Source of the DNA: an uncultured Collinsella sp.
GTDB lineage: Bacteria > Actinomycetota > Coriobacteriia > Coriobacteriales > Coriobacteriaceae
Direction: 5' to 3'
Assembly (NCBI GenBank): GCA_900542325.1
Contig: UQMY01000004.1
Location: forward strand, 179 to 64,178
DNA: 64,000 nucleotides
Shown here: positions 1 through 8,654 of the stretch, piece after piece
Layout of the letters: the number at the start of each line of letters is the position of its first letter
Position numbering within the stretch: the stretch's first letter is position 1
Made by a program: the position numbers and the translations under genes
Notes under the pieces: model-generated
What the model was told of the DNA's origin: nothing
What the model saw: only the letters and a program-made list of their open reading frames with translations
Database searches by the model: none

Positions 1-590
1 AGCTCAAACTGCGTATAGCCGCAGGCGTTGATGATCATCGTTCCACACACATGCTGCCGCTCGCGCTGAAAATCGTTACCGTAGCTTCGATGTACATGCC
101 CATGCACCATGTAGTCGGCCCCCCAGGACTCAAGCGCCGTGTTAAAGCATTCAAACCCTCGATGCGGCAGATCGTCCAGATCACCCATACCGGCGGCGGG
201 TGCATGGGTAAGCAGAATGTCGCACCCGCCGACCATCCTAACCTTACGCGACAGCTTGCGCATGCGCTTGGACATCTCGCGTTCGGTGTACATGTTGGCG
301 CCGTCGCGATAACGCATGGACCCGCCAAGGCCCGCAATGCGAATCCCTCGGTACGTGTACACGCTGTCTTCCACGCAGATACATCCGCCCGGTGCATGAC
401 GTGCGTAGCGGTCGTCGTGATTGCCGCGCACGTAGATGAGCGGTTTGTTGATGACGGTGACCAAAAACTCAAGATAGTCCGGGTCCAGATCGCCGGCAGA
501 CAGAATCAGGTCGACACCCTCAAAGCGCTCCTTGCGAAAGCACTCCCAAAGGCATCGTTCTTCGGTATCTGCTATGGCAAGGATCTTCAT
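1..590 (-). CDS. Metallophosphoesterase (YfcE/MJ0936-like phosphodiesterase). The ORF runs off the window start, so the C-terminus is not captured.
   Basis: Minus-strand translation from ATG at 590-588 reads MKILAIADTEERCLWECFRKERFEGVDLILSAGDLDPDYLEF...GNHDD..., typical calcineurin-like phosphoesterase motifs (D-x-H-x(n)-GD-x(n)-GNHD). The start overlaps the stop of the upstream gene (ATGA overlap). It is absent from the ORF track because there is no in-window stop. Confidence 0.7.
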   Translation of the reverse strand, partial: MKILAIADTEERCLWECFRKERFEGVDLILSAGDLDPDYLEFLVTVINKPLIYVRGNHDDRYARHAPGGCICVEDSVYTYRGIRIAGLGGSMRYRDGANMYTEREMSKRMRKLSRKVRMVGGCDILLTHAPAAGMGDLDDLPHRGFECFNTALESWGADYMVHGHVHRSYGNDFQRERQHVCGTMIINACGYTQFE

Positions 591-2503
591 AGGGCGGTAA
601 CTCCCGGCTCATCGTCGAGCTGCGGAATGGTGCCTACCACGTTGTCCGCCAGCCAATTCATCTCGACAATCTGCGCGCTCGGCAGCGGAGGGAAGCCTTC
701 GATCTGTACCACGCCGTTCTGGCTGTGGAGCTCGCCGCCAAAGGGGTTGATGGATCCCTCAACAATGCCGTTGCGGAGCAACTGCACGAGTTTGCGCGTC
801 TGGTAGGGTAGGCCCGGAGCGTAACGGATGTCGATAACGCCGGAGCTCATGCCGTACCAGTAGTTGACGGCGCGCACTTGGTTGTCGTCGCTGGTCTCGT
901 CCCACGTGCCGTGCAGAAGGCTGCGAACGATGAGCTCGTAGTAACGGCCCCAGTTCCATACGGGCATGGCGATGCCGGTGACTTTGCCGTCGACCAAGCG
1001 GTGAAGTCCGTAGGCCGTAGGGTCTACGAGCGACTTTGACATGTCAGCGCCGGTCATGACGCTTACACCTTCGCGGCACATGGCTTCGGCAAGACCTCCA
1101 GCGGGCACATCGCCCCAGGTCAGGATAATTTGCGCACGGGGGTCGAGCAGCGAGGCGCCAATCGCAAAGGCGTTGATCTCGCTGAGTGCGCCCGAGGCGA
1201 AGACCGACGCGTGGTAGCCGATGCGGTGGTTGTCCGCCATGCTGGCGGCAAGGGCGCCCAGGAGGAACTTGGCCTCGTACATCTTGCCAAAGTACGAACG
1301 GACGCTTTGGTGGGGAAGGCCGATAGAGCAGTTAAGGAACCGCACCTGGGGATACTCAACGGCAGCTCTGAGCGTGTATTCCATCAGGCGGTGCGAGGTC
1401 GAAAAGATGACGTTAGCTCCATGTTTGACAGCCGTTTCCACGGCGGCGTAGAACACATCCGGATTATGACAGTCCTCGAACGCCTCGGTGCGCACGATAC
1501 CGCCAAAGTGCTCATCGAGATACTGACGCCCTTGGTCGTGCAGGCTGTCCCAACTCGACGTCGCACAGGGGAACTCATGGATAAAGGCGATGCGCAGGGG
1601 GCTGGCCGCCGAGTAGACGGTCTTGCCCATAAAGAAGTTGAGCACGCCGGAGGTGGACTTGGCGGGCGCCTCTTCCTCATCGACACTCGGTGCCTCGACA
1701 AGATCGACCTTCTCCTCATCACTTTTGCCGGCAATGACCAACTCGCGCCAAATCTTGCACAGGCGGTTTACGACGATATCCGTCGGCGTATCCAGCAGGC
1801 GGTCCTGGTTGTACACATTGAGGTAGACGAGCATAGCGTCGGCGGGCGTAATGTCCAGATGGTCGCCGCCGGCGCGCAGGTAGGCGCGCTTAAAGAGCAG
1901 GAAGGTGTGGCGCAGGTAGTCGACCTTTTTCTGCGGCCATTTTTCGATAAGGTTCTGACCGAGCATCTTGGCGAGCGTTTCGTAGCTTCCCTCACGCGAG
2001 AACTCGATCTCGTATAGGGGGCAGACGCGCCAAAACGCGCAGAACTCGCCATAGAGGCGGCTTTCGACGGAATCCCATTTTCCGGGGTAGAGGCGGGTGA
2101 CCTTGGCCGAAACCGTCGGGGCGTCCAGGAATTTGAGGACGCTGACGCGCTTGTTGCCCTCTTGGACGTAGAACCGATGCATGAACTCGGTGACGATGAT
2201 GGGGTCGCGATAGCCCTCGGTCACCTGGATGTCGTAGAGGTTGGACCACTTGCGGGCGAACTCGGTGCTAAATGGCAACAGGGGCATAAAGTTGCACGAA
2301 AAGGCAGACTGACGGCCCTTGGTAACCGTGCCGACGACCATTTCGAGCGGAATATCCCGCAGGCCGACGCTCTCTCGCTGACCTAAGGGGAGCTGGGCAA
2401 CCAAGCTGTCGAGGTCCGTAAGGTATGGGTGCTCGCTTTGGCTGATGGCGCGACGGCGTCCCTGCTCGCCGCGCTTGCGTGCTTGACGATAGGCCTCTTC
2501 CAT
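587..2503 (-). CDS. BMP (PnrA/Med-like) domain protein of 638 aa with a ~300-aa N-terminal domain of unknown function. No signal peptide is apparent.
   Basis: The C-terminal half aligns by eye to BMP family lipoprotein substrate-binding domains (segments ...NVIFSTSH..., ...YPQVRFLNC..., ...GDVPAGG...). The N-terminal half is not recognised. Its stop codon overlaps the downstream phosphoesterase start. Confidence 0.45.
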   Translation of the reverse strand: MEEAYRQARKRGEQGRRRAISQSEHPYLTDLDSLVAQLPLGQRESVGLRDIPLEMVVGTVTKGRQSAFSCNFMPLLPFSTEFARKWSNLYDIQVTEGYRDPIIVTEFMHRFYVQEGNKRVSVLKFLDAPTVSAKVTRLYPGKWDSVESRLYGEFCAFWRVCPLYEIEFSREGSYETLAKMLGQNLIEKWPQKKVDYLRHTFLLFKRAYLRAGGDHLDITPADAMLVYLNVYNQDRLLDTPTDIVVNRLCKIWRELVIAGKSDEEKVDLVEAPSVDEEEAPAKSTSGVLNFFMGKTVYSAASPLRIAFIHEFPCATSSWDSLHDQGRQYLDEHFGGIVRTEAFEDCHNPDVFYAAVETAVKHGANVIFSTSHRLMEYTLRAAVEYPQVRFLNCSIGLPHQSVRSYFGKMYEAKFLLGALAASMADNHRIGYHASVFASGALSEINAFAIGASLLDPRAQIILTWGDVPAGGLAEAMCREGVSVMTGADMSKSLVDPTAYGLHRLVDGKVTGIAMPVWNWGRYYELIVRSLLHGTWDETSDDNQVRAVNYWYGMSSGVIDIRYAPGLPYQTRKLVQLLRNGIVEGSINPFGGELHSQNGVVQIEGFPPLPSAQIVEMNWLADNVVGTIPQLDDEPGVTAL

Positions 2504-2552
2504 GGTGTCTACTCCCTTAGTCGTTTAAACAACGATATGAACCATGGTACCA

Positions 2553-2591
2553 CGATGCGAAACTACCACAAAGGTGCCTGTCCCCTTTGTG
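2553..2591 (-). terminator. Hairpin terminator downstream of the MscS gene, one of two copies of a shared 29-nt hairpin.
   Basis: CTACCACAAAGG-TGCCTGTCC-CCTTTGTGGTAG forms a 12-bp stem. It lies 3' of the minus-strand MscS CDS. Confidence 0.5.
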
Positions 2592-2596
2592 GTAGT

Positions 2597-3364
2597 TTAG
2601 GCGATGATGGGAGCGATGGCACGAATGCAGGCGTCGGCTGCCGTGAAGGTGGTGCTATCGTCGCTGACGATAAAGATGATTTTGCCCTTGACGCCAAAGT
2701 CGCCGATCTCGCTAAAGAGCACGTACGGCTCCTTGTCAAAGCCGGAGATGGGAAGCACCGCGGCCTTGGTGGCGTCGGTAAGCTCATCTGCCAGCGCGTC
2801 CAGCGAGGCCCACTTAGACGTGTCCTTTACGGCAACGGGCACGGCCACGCGCCCAAAGGGCATCAGATGCACGAGCGTGTTCTTGGAGATGTTGGAGTTG
2901 GGCACAATGATGGTCTGCCCGCAGGCGTCCTCGATGGTCGTGTGGCGCCAGGTGATGTCTTGGACCACGCCCGACACGCTGCCGACCTCGATATTGTCGC
3001 CGGGCTTGATGATGCCCATGAAGGTCACCTGCATACCGCCGATAAGGTTCGACAGCGTGTCCTGAAAGCCGAGCGAGATGGCGATGCCGCCGACGCCAAG
3101 AGCGGCGACGAGGGCGTTTGCATTAATGCCAAAACAGTTGTCGAGGATAAAGCTGCCGCCGATCATCCAGATGACGGCGCGTGTGATGTTGATGAAGATG
3201 CTCGATGCTGGGAGCGGGTTATCATCGCGGTTAAGCAGGTGGTGCAGGGTCTTGGACGCGATTTTGGCGGCAACGGCGGTGCCGATGGCCAAGATACCGG
3301 CCCAGATGATGTTGTGGACCCATCGTTGTGCAAAGAAATGAAGAATTGGCTCAAACAATTCCAT
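2597..3364 (-). CDS. Mechanosensitive ion channel family protein (MscS-like).
   Basis: The translation contains three TM segments followed by the MscS beta-domain pattern (...GGMQVTFMGIIKPGDNIEVGSVSGVVQDITWRHTTI...). A GAGGAGG RBS lies 10 nt upstream of the MELFEP start, so the start is moved from the 3388 ORF-track start to 3364. Confidence 0.8.
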   Translation of the reverse strand: MELFEPILHFFAQRWVHNIIWAGILAIGTAVAAKIASKTLHHLLNRDDNPLPASSIFINITRAVIWMIGGSFILDNCFGINANALVAALGVGGIAISLGFQDTLSNLIGGMQVTFMGIIKPGDNIEVGSVSGVVQDITWRHTTIEDACGQTIIVPNSNISKNTLVHLMPFGRVAVPVAVKDTSKWASLDALADELTDATKAAVLPISGFDKEPYVLFSEIGDFGVKGKIIFIVSDDSTTFTAADACIRAIAPIIA

Positions 3365-3492
3365 GTAGGGAAACCTCCTCATGATCATCCAACCATGATA
3401 CCCACCAAGAAGCCCGTCCGATCAAATTCGTACGGGCTTCTGTGCTCGATATAAGGTTTATGCGGCGGGGCTGCAAGGCCCGGCGGTGTAGC

Positions 3493-5526
3493 TTAGCGTC
3501 GACGCTTCCAGATAATACCGAGAATGATGATGACGATGCCGCCGATGAGGCATGCGCCGACCATAGCCAGCGTGCGGTCTCCCGTTGCGGCGAGCTTACC
3601 GGTCGTCTTCTTGGTGATGACCTTCGTGGTCGTCGTATCCGTCTGAGGCGAGGGCTCAGGCGTCGGGGCCGGTGTGGGCGTGGGGTCCACGGCGGCGGAG
3701 CCAAAGCTGATGGTGCCCGCGAGCGAGGCAATCTTGCTCTCCCAGCTGTTCTGCCCGATCAGCGCCCTTAGTGCTGACTCGCAGGTACCCCACTCGGTGT
3801 GCTTGGTGGCGTTTGCGAAGGTGGGGAAGTCGGTCGTGTTGGTGATGATGTAGTTGTTGGTGGCGACGGTATAGGTCTTGGCGGGGTCGAGCGTGCTGCC
3901 ATCCTTGGTGAGTGTGGCGCTCACGATGCGCTTGCCTTCGGACTGCGTCCAATCGATTGTCACGTTGATGCCGCCGAAGGAAAGGACACTGCCGGAGTCG
4001 TCGCGCCACTTGTACATGTCTTGCGCCTCCTGCTCGGTGTGGCCGGACGCCACGTAGGCTTGCTGAAGCTCGTAGCTGTGATTGCACTCGTCACTGATCT
4101 GCAGCGAGTGCTCGAGCGCTGCCAGGAAGTCCGCACCGGTCATGGTCCAGGTCTCCACGGTGTTGCCGTAGGGCGAGATAGCGATGACGTTGCCGGCGGT
4201 CACATCGCCCGCCGCGATGCCGCCGCGGATGCCGCCCGCGTTCTCGATGGCAAGGTCTGCGCCCGTCAGGTCAAGATAGGAGCCGCAGATCACATGTCCG
4301 ATGGTCTGGGTCTTGGTGGTGTCGCCCTTCTTGCTGGGACGGAAATCGGTGGTGCGCACCATTTCCCAACCATGCGTGCCTGCGGCGTCCTCGCCGTAGA
4401 AATAATTGGTAGAGCTCGTGCCGAGCACCTCGCTCGATGCGGCGCTAAAGGCATCGTAGAGCGGCTTGATCTTGTTGTTGTGGACCTCATCAAGGATGCT
4501 CTGATAGTAGGTGGAGCCCTTGTTGGGGTCGGTCAAAAGAACGTTTACGTCCTTGGCGGTATAGAGCTTCTCGTCGCTTTTGCCTGCGTATACCGCCACC
4601 GTGTCATCGTCGGTGCTTTCGGTGCCCTTGGTGTCGTACTCGTAGGGGACGGAAAGCAGTCCCACTTCGGCAAAGGCACTGCCCGCCTCGACAACGTGGA
4701 TTGTCTTGCCGTCGGCTCCCGTCACCTTCTCGTTAAGGTTGATGTGCTCGTGGCCTGCGATAAGGGCATCGACGCCACGGAGCCGCGTGGCAAAGGTCTT
4801 GGCGTCGAGCGTGTGCGCGATACACACAACAACATCGCAGCCCTCCTTGCGCAGCTGCTCCGCCTCGGCATTGATGGCGTTCGCGGCACTCGAGAAGCTG
4901 GTGCCCGCGACCAGGTCCGCGCGCAGCGAGGAACCTAGCGACTCATCCATGGCTCCGACGACGCCGACCTTAATCTTGTAGTTAAACGTGGAACTGTTCT
5001 CGCCGTCCTTCCAAGTGCGGTTGAGCGTCTTGGTGATGCTCGAGCTCCATACGCCGTTCGAGGACGTTGCATTCGCGCAAAGCATGGCGAAGGGCGTGCC
5101 GGTGGTGCTGTGGCCGGTCATGGCGCGGAGCTTGTCCGCGCCGTAGCTCCAGTCGTGGTTGCCCGGCGTGGTCGCGTCGTAGCCGTCGGCATAGAAGGTG
5201 TCCATGAGCTCGGCGATGCTTTTGCCTTCGCTCATGGTGGCGAAGGACTGTCCATGGAAGGTGTCACCCGCATCGAGCAGAAGATCGGGGGCGTTGCCCT
5301 GGGCGCTATAGAGGACTGCCAGTCCGTCAAAGCCCACAGTGCCGGTGCCCTTGCTTGCGTTGTAGCTGTACTTGTAGCTGCCGTGGATATCGTTGGTGTG
5401 CATGACGGTCACGGAGTCGTTGATCGCCTGGGGCAGATTGCTCGCAAGGGCGAGGCTGGGTGCGCCAGTGAACACGCCGGCAAGCAGCGCGGCGGTTAAC
5501 GCAAGGCGGGGGACGAATCTTTTCAT
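3493..5526 (-). CDS. Cell-wall anchored bifunctional metallophosphatase/5'-nucleotidase. It has a signal peptide and an LAATG sortase (class E-type) sorting signal.
   Basis: An AAGGAG RBS precedes MKRFVPRLALTAALLAG... (signal peptide). Calcineurin-like motifs are present (NDIHG, DAGDTFHG, GNHDW, GHEH) with a C-terminal 5'-nucleotidase domain. The C-terminus is KLAATGDRTLAMVGACLIGGIVIIILGIIWKRRR: an LAxTG motif, a hydrophobic segment and a basic tail. Confidence 0.8.
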   Translation of the reverse strand: MKRFVPRLALTAALLAGVFTGAPSLALASNLPQAINDSVTVMHTNDIHGSYKYSYNASKGTGTVGFDGLAVLYSAQGNAPDLLLDAGDTFHGQSFATMSEGKSIAELMDTFYADGYDATTPGNHDWSYGADKLRAMTGHSTTGTPFAMLCANATSSNGVWSSSITKTLNRTWKDGENSSTFNYKIKVGVVGAMDESLGSSLRADLVAGTSFSSAANAINAEAEQLRKEGCDVVVCIAHTLDAKTFATRLRGVDALIAGHEHINLNEKVTGADGKTIHVVEAGSAFAEVGLLSVPYEYDTKGTESTDDDTVAVYAGKSDEKLYTAKDVNVLLTDPNKGSTYYQSILDEVHNNKIKPLYDAFSAASSEVLGTSSTNYFYGEDAAGTHGWEMVRTTDFRPSKKGDTTKTQTIGHVICGSYLDLTGADLAIENAGGIRGGIAAGDVTAGNVIAISPYGNTVETWTMTGADFLAALEHSLQISDECNHSYELQQAYVASGHTEQEAQDMYKWRDDSGSVLSFGGINVTIDWTQSEGKRIVSATLTKDGSTLDPAKTYTVATNNYIITNTTDFPTFANATKHTEWGTCESALRALIGQNSWESKIASLAGTISFGSAAVDPTPTPAPTPEPSPQTDTTTTKVITKKTTGKLAATGDRTLAMVGACLIGGIVIIILGIIWKRRR

Positions 5527-5548
5527 GGCAGTCTCCTTAGTCCTTAAC

Positions 5549-5590
5549 AAAAACCACCACAAAGGTGCCTGTCCCCTTTGTGGTGGTTTT
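5549..5590 (-). terminator. Rho-independent, likely bidirectional, terminator after the ABC ATPase gene. It is the second copy of the shared 29-nt hairpin.
   Basis: AAAACCACCACAAAGG-TGCCTGTCC-CCTTTGTGGTGGTTTT: a 16-bp stem flanked by an A-tract and a T-tract. Confidence 0.65.
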
Positions 5591-5598
5591 CTAAGTCG

Positions 5599-6393
5599 TT
5601 AGCTTAGCAGCATGCGGTCGTTGGCGAGCTCGCCGCCCGAGACCTCCTCGAACTTCTGCAGCAGGTCGGCCACGGTGAGCGACTTTTTCTCGTTACCTGC
5701 CACATCGTAGATCACGTGGCCCTCGTGCATCATTATCAGACGGTTGCCCAGACGGATGGCGTCGTTCATGTTGTGTGTGACCATGAGCGTGGTCAGGTGG
5801 TTCTCGTCGACGATTTCCTCGGTCAGGTTGAGCACCTTCGATGCCGTCTTGGGGTCGAGGGCCGCCGTGTGCTCGTCGAGCAGCAGCAGGCGCGGCTTGG
5901 TGAGCGTGGCCATCAACAGGGTGAGTGCCTGGCGCTGGCCACCCGAGAGCAGGCCGACCTTAGCGTTGAGGCGCGTATCCAGACCAAGGTCCAGACGCTT
6001 GAGCAGCTCAACGTACTCGTCCTTCTCGGCCTTGGTGACGCCCCACGAAAGACCGCGATGCTGGCCGCGGCGCTTGGCGAGGGCCAGGTTCTCGGCGATC
6101 TGCATGTCGGCTGCGGTGCCGCGCATGGGATCCTGGAACACGCGGCCCAGGTACTTGGCGCGCTGCGACTCGCTCAGGCGCGAGATATCGGTGCCGTCGA
6201 GCTCGATAACGCCCGAATCGAGCGGATACACGCCGGCGATCATGTTGAGCAGCGTGGACTTGCCGGCGCCGTTGCCGCCAATCACGGTTACAAAGTCGCC
6301 GTCGTTAAGGGTGAGGTCGACACCGGTGAGCGCGCGCTTCTCGGTGACGGTGCCCTTGTTAAAGGTCTTCTTGACGTGTGAGAGCTTAAGCAT
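5599..6393 (-). CDS. ABC transporter ATP-binding protein (COG1101 type, partner of COG4120/COG2984).
   Basis: Walker A GGNGAGKST, signature LSGGQRQ and Walker B LLLDE are present. The start MLKLSHVKK is chosen from RBS spacing, and the gene overlaps the permease stop. Confidence 0.85.
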   Translation of the reverse strand: MLKLSHVKKTFNKGTVTEKRALTGVDLTLNDGDFVTVIGGNGAGKSTLLNMIAGVYPLDSGVIELDGTDISRLSESQRAKYLGRVFQDPMRGTAADMQIAENLALAKRRGQHRGLSWGVTKAEKDEYVELLKRLDLGLDTRLNAKVGLLSGGQRQALTLLMATLTKPRLLLLDEHTAALDPKTASKVLNLTEEIVDENHLTTLMVTHNMNDAIRLGNRLIMMHEGHVIYDVAGNEKKSLTVADLLQKFEEVSGGELANDRMLLS

Positions 6394-7309
6394 CAGCCTC
6401 ATCTCCCTTCGTGTAGGAGCTGCGGAGCTTATATCGCTCCCAAACCACGGGCACGCACAGGGCCACGGCCACGATTACGGCGGAGAGCAGCTTCATGTCG
6501 TTGGCGTCCATGCCCAGCTGCAGCACGATGGCGCGGATAAGGAAGTACACCACGGAGCCAAAGACGGCGGAGGCAAGACGGACGCTAAACTGCGTGAGTC
6601 CGCCGGGCAGCAGGCGACCGAGCACTTCGCCGATGACGATGGCGGCAAGGCCGATAACGATGGCGCCTGTGCCCATGCCAATGTCGGCATACTTTTGGCT
6701 CTGGCAGATAAGCGCACCCGAAAGGCCGATGAGGGCGTTGGAGAGCACGAGAGCGATCATCTTGGTGAAGTTGGTGTTAACGCCCAAGGCGCGGATCATG
6801 TACTCGTTGTTGCCGGTGGCGCGAAGCGCCGAGCCGATCTCGGTACCAAAGAACCAGTACAGGATGGCGACGATAGCCACAGCGAGCAAGATGCCCAGGA
6901 TGATGGCGACGGTGGACTGCGGCAGGCCCGTCATATTGCTGACGGCCGAGAATACGGTGCCCTTGGCAAGGATGGGCGTGTTGGATTTGCCCATGATGCG
7001 CAGGTTGACGGACCACAGGCTGATTTGGGTGAGGATTCCAGCGAGGATCGCGGGAATCTCGAAGACGGTGGTCAGAATGCCCGTGACCGCGCCCGCGATG
7101 GCGCCGGCGCACATGCCGGCCAGCACGGCGAGCAGCGGGTCGACGTTATTGTTGACGATGAGTACGGCGCAGACACAGCCGCCGAGGGCAAAGCTGCCGT
7201 CGCAGGTCATATCGGGGATGTCGAGCAGGCGGAACGTGATAAACACGCCAAGCACCATAATGCCCCAGAGGACGCCCTGCGAAACGGCGCCCTGCAATGC
7301 AATGAGCAT
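6386..7309 (-). CDS. ABC transporter permease (COG4120 family).
   Basis: 307 aa with multiple TM segments. An AGGAGG RBS lies 9 nt upstream, and the gene overlaps the ATPase start. Confidence 0.8.
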   Translation of the reverse strand: MLIALQGAVSQGVLWGIMVLGVFITFRLLDIPDMTCDGSFALGGCVCAVLIVNNNVDPLLAVLAGMCAGAIAGAVTGILTTVFEIPAILAGILTQISLWSVNLRIMGKSNTPILAKGTVFSAVSNMTGLPQSTVAIILGILLAVAIVAILYWFFGTEIGSALRATGNNEYMIRALGVNTNFTKMIALVLSNALIGLSGALICQSQKYADIGMGTGAIVIGLAAIVIGEVLGRLLPGGLTQFSVRLASAVFGSVVYFLIRAIVLQLGMDANDMKLLSAVIVAVALCVPVVWERYKLRSSYTKGDEADA

Positions 7310-7414
7310 GCTTCATACCTCCTAGGATAGGGTGGACACGTGATGTTCCATAATAGCGGTAACAATGAATATAAGAGCGGCAGACAAACGTTTTGTTTTA
7401 TCTGAAACAAGCAG

Positions 7415-7441
7415 GGCGAACGTCGGTCTATGACGTTCGCC
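7415..7441 (-). terminator. Intra-operon hairpin between the substrate-binding protein gene and the permease gene.
   Basis: GGCGAACGTC-GGTCTAT-GACGTTCGCC is a 10-bp perfect stem in the 200-nt spacer between the two genes. Confidence 0.4.
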
Positions 7442-7513
7442 CCAAGGACTCAGATATTGAATAACGCAGCTATAGTGCGAGAACGAACCCTAGATGCGTT
7501 ATGGCGCATGGCG

Positions 7514-8494
7514 CTACTCGTCCAGGGCGGAAAGGTCGATGCCCAGCACCTCGGCCATCTCGTCGTTCTTGACGACGACCAAGTCCTTGCTCGAGAGGTG
7601 CTCGATAGCCATATCCTCGGGCTTGGCCTCGCCCTTCAGGATCTTAACGGCCATCTCGCCCGCGGCATAGCCCAGGTCCTCATAGTTGATGGAGAGGGTG
7701 AACAGACCGCTGGCCTTGCACATGCCCTCCTCGCCGGTAACGAAGGGGAGCTTGTTCTCCTTGCAGATCTGACCGACCTGCGAAGCGCCCGCGGCGATGG
7801 TGTTGTCGGTGGGGGAGTAGAGCGCGTCCACCTTGCCCACGGCGGACTCGACGACGGACTGGATCTCGTTGGAGCTCGAGACGGTGAAGTCGGTGTACTC
7901 CAGGCCAAGCTTGTCGAGTTCCTTCTTGGCGGCCTTGATTTGGACGTCGGAGTTGGACTCGGCGGTGCAGTAGAGCAGGCCGACCTTCTTTACGTCGGGC
8001 AGGACCTTCTGCATCATCTCGAGTTGCTCGGCGACCGGGGTAAGGTCGGAGGCGCCGGTGACGTTGGTGCCGGGCCTGTCGTTGTCCTGGACCAGGCCGG
8101 AGGCGGCGTAGTCGGTGATGGCGCAGCCCACGATGGGGATATCCGCCGTGGCACCGGCAGCAGCCTGTGCGGCGGGCGTGGCGATGGCGTAGATCAGGTC
8201 GACGCCATCGCCCACGAACTTGTCGGCGATGGACTTACACGTGGACTGGTCGTTCTGGGCGTTCTTCTGGTCGATCTTGACCTTAAGGCCGCTTTTCTTG
8301 ATGGCCTTGACAAAGCCGTTGTTGGCGGCATCGAGTGCGGAGTGCTCGGTGAGCTGCAGAACGCCGATGGTGTAGTCGGAACCGGCGGCAGCAGAGCCGG
8401 AACCAGAGTTGCCGCCGCATCCGGCGAGCGGGGCGAGCGCGAGCAGGCCGGCGGAGACCAGAAGGCTCCTGCGGCTGATGGTGATGTCCTTCAT
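7514..8494 (-). CDS. ABC transporter substrate-binding lipoprotein (COG2984 / ABC_sub_bind family).
   Basis: MKDITISRRSLLVSAGLLALAPLAGCGG is a lipoprotein signal with an LAGC lipobox. The remainder matches the COG2984-type periplasmic binding fold. The start is moved from the ORF-track 8716 to the ATG at 8494. Confidence 0.8.
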   Translation of the reverse strand: MKDITISRRSLLVSAGLLALAPLAGCGGNSGSGSAAAGSDYTIGVLQLTEHSALDAANNGFVKAIKKSGLKVKIDQKNAQNDQSTCKSIADKFVGDGVDLIYAIATPAAQAAAGATADIPIVGCAITDYAASGLVQDNDRPGTNVTGASDLTPVAEQLEMMQKVLPDVKKVGLLYCTAESNSDVQIKAAKKELDKLGLEYTDFTVSSSNEIQSVVESAVGKVDALYSPTDNTIAAGASQVGQICKENKLPFVTGEEGMCKASGLFTLSINYEDLGYAAGEMAVKILKGEAKPEDMAIEHLSSKDLVVVKNDEMAEVLGIDLSALDE

Positions 8495-8654
8495 ATCATT
8501 ACCCCCAGTATAAAAATGGCTGGAAACACTGCACTGGGACAAAGTGCAAGTGGAACTATAGTAACGCCGATGTCCATTTTTACAACAGCCTGGCGGGTTT
8601 TTTAATACAGAACCGGATAGGCGGTACGGGTAGTCGAATGGGTGACAGAGATGC

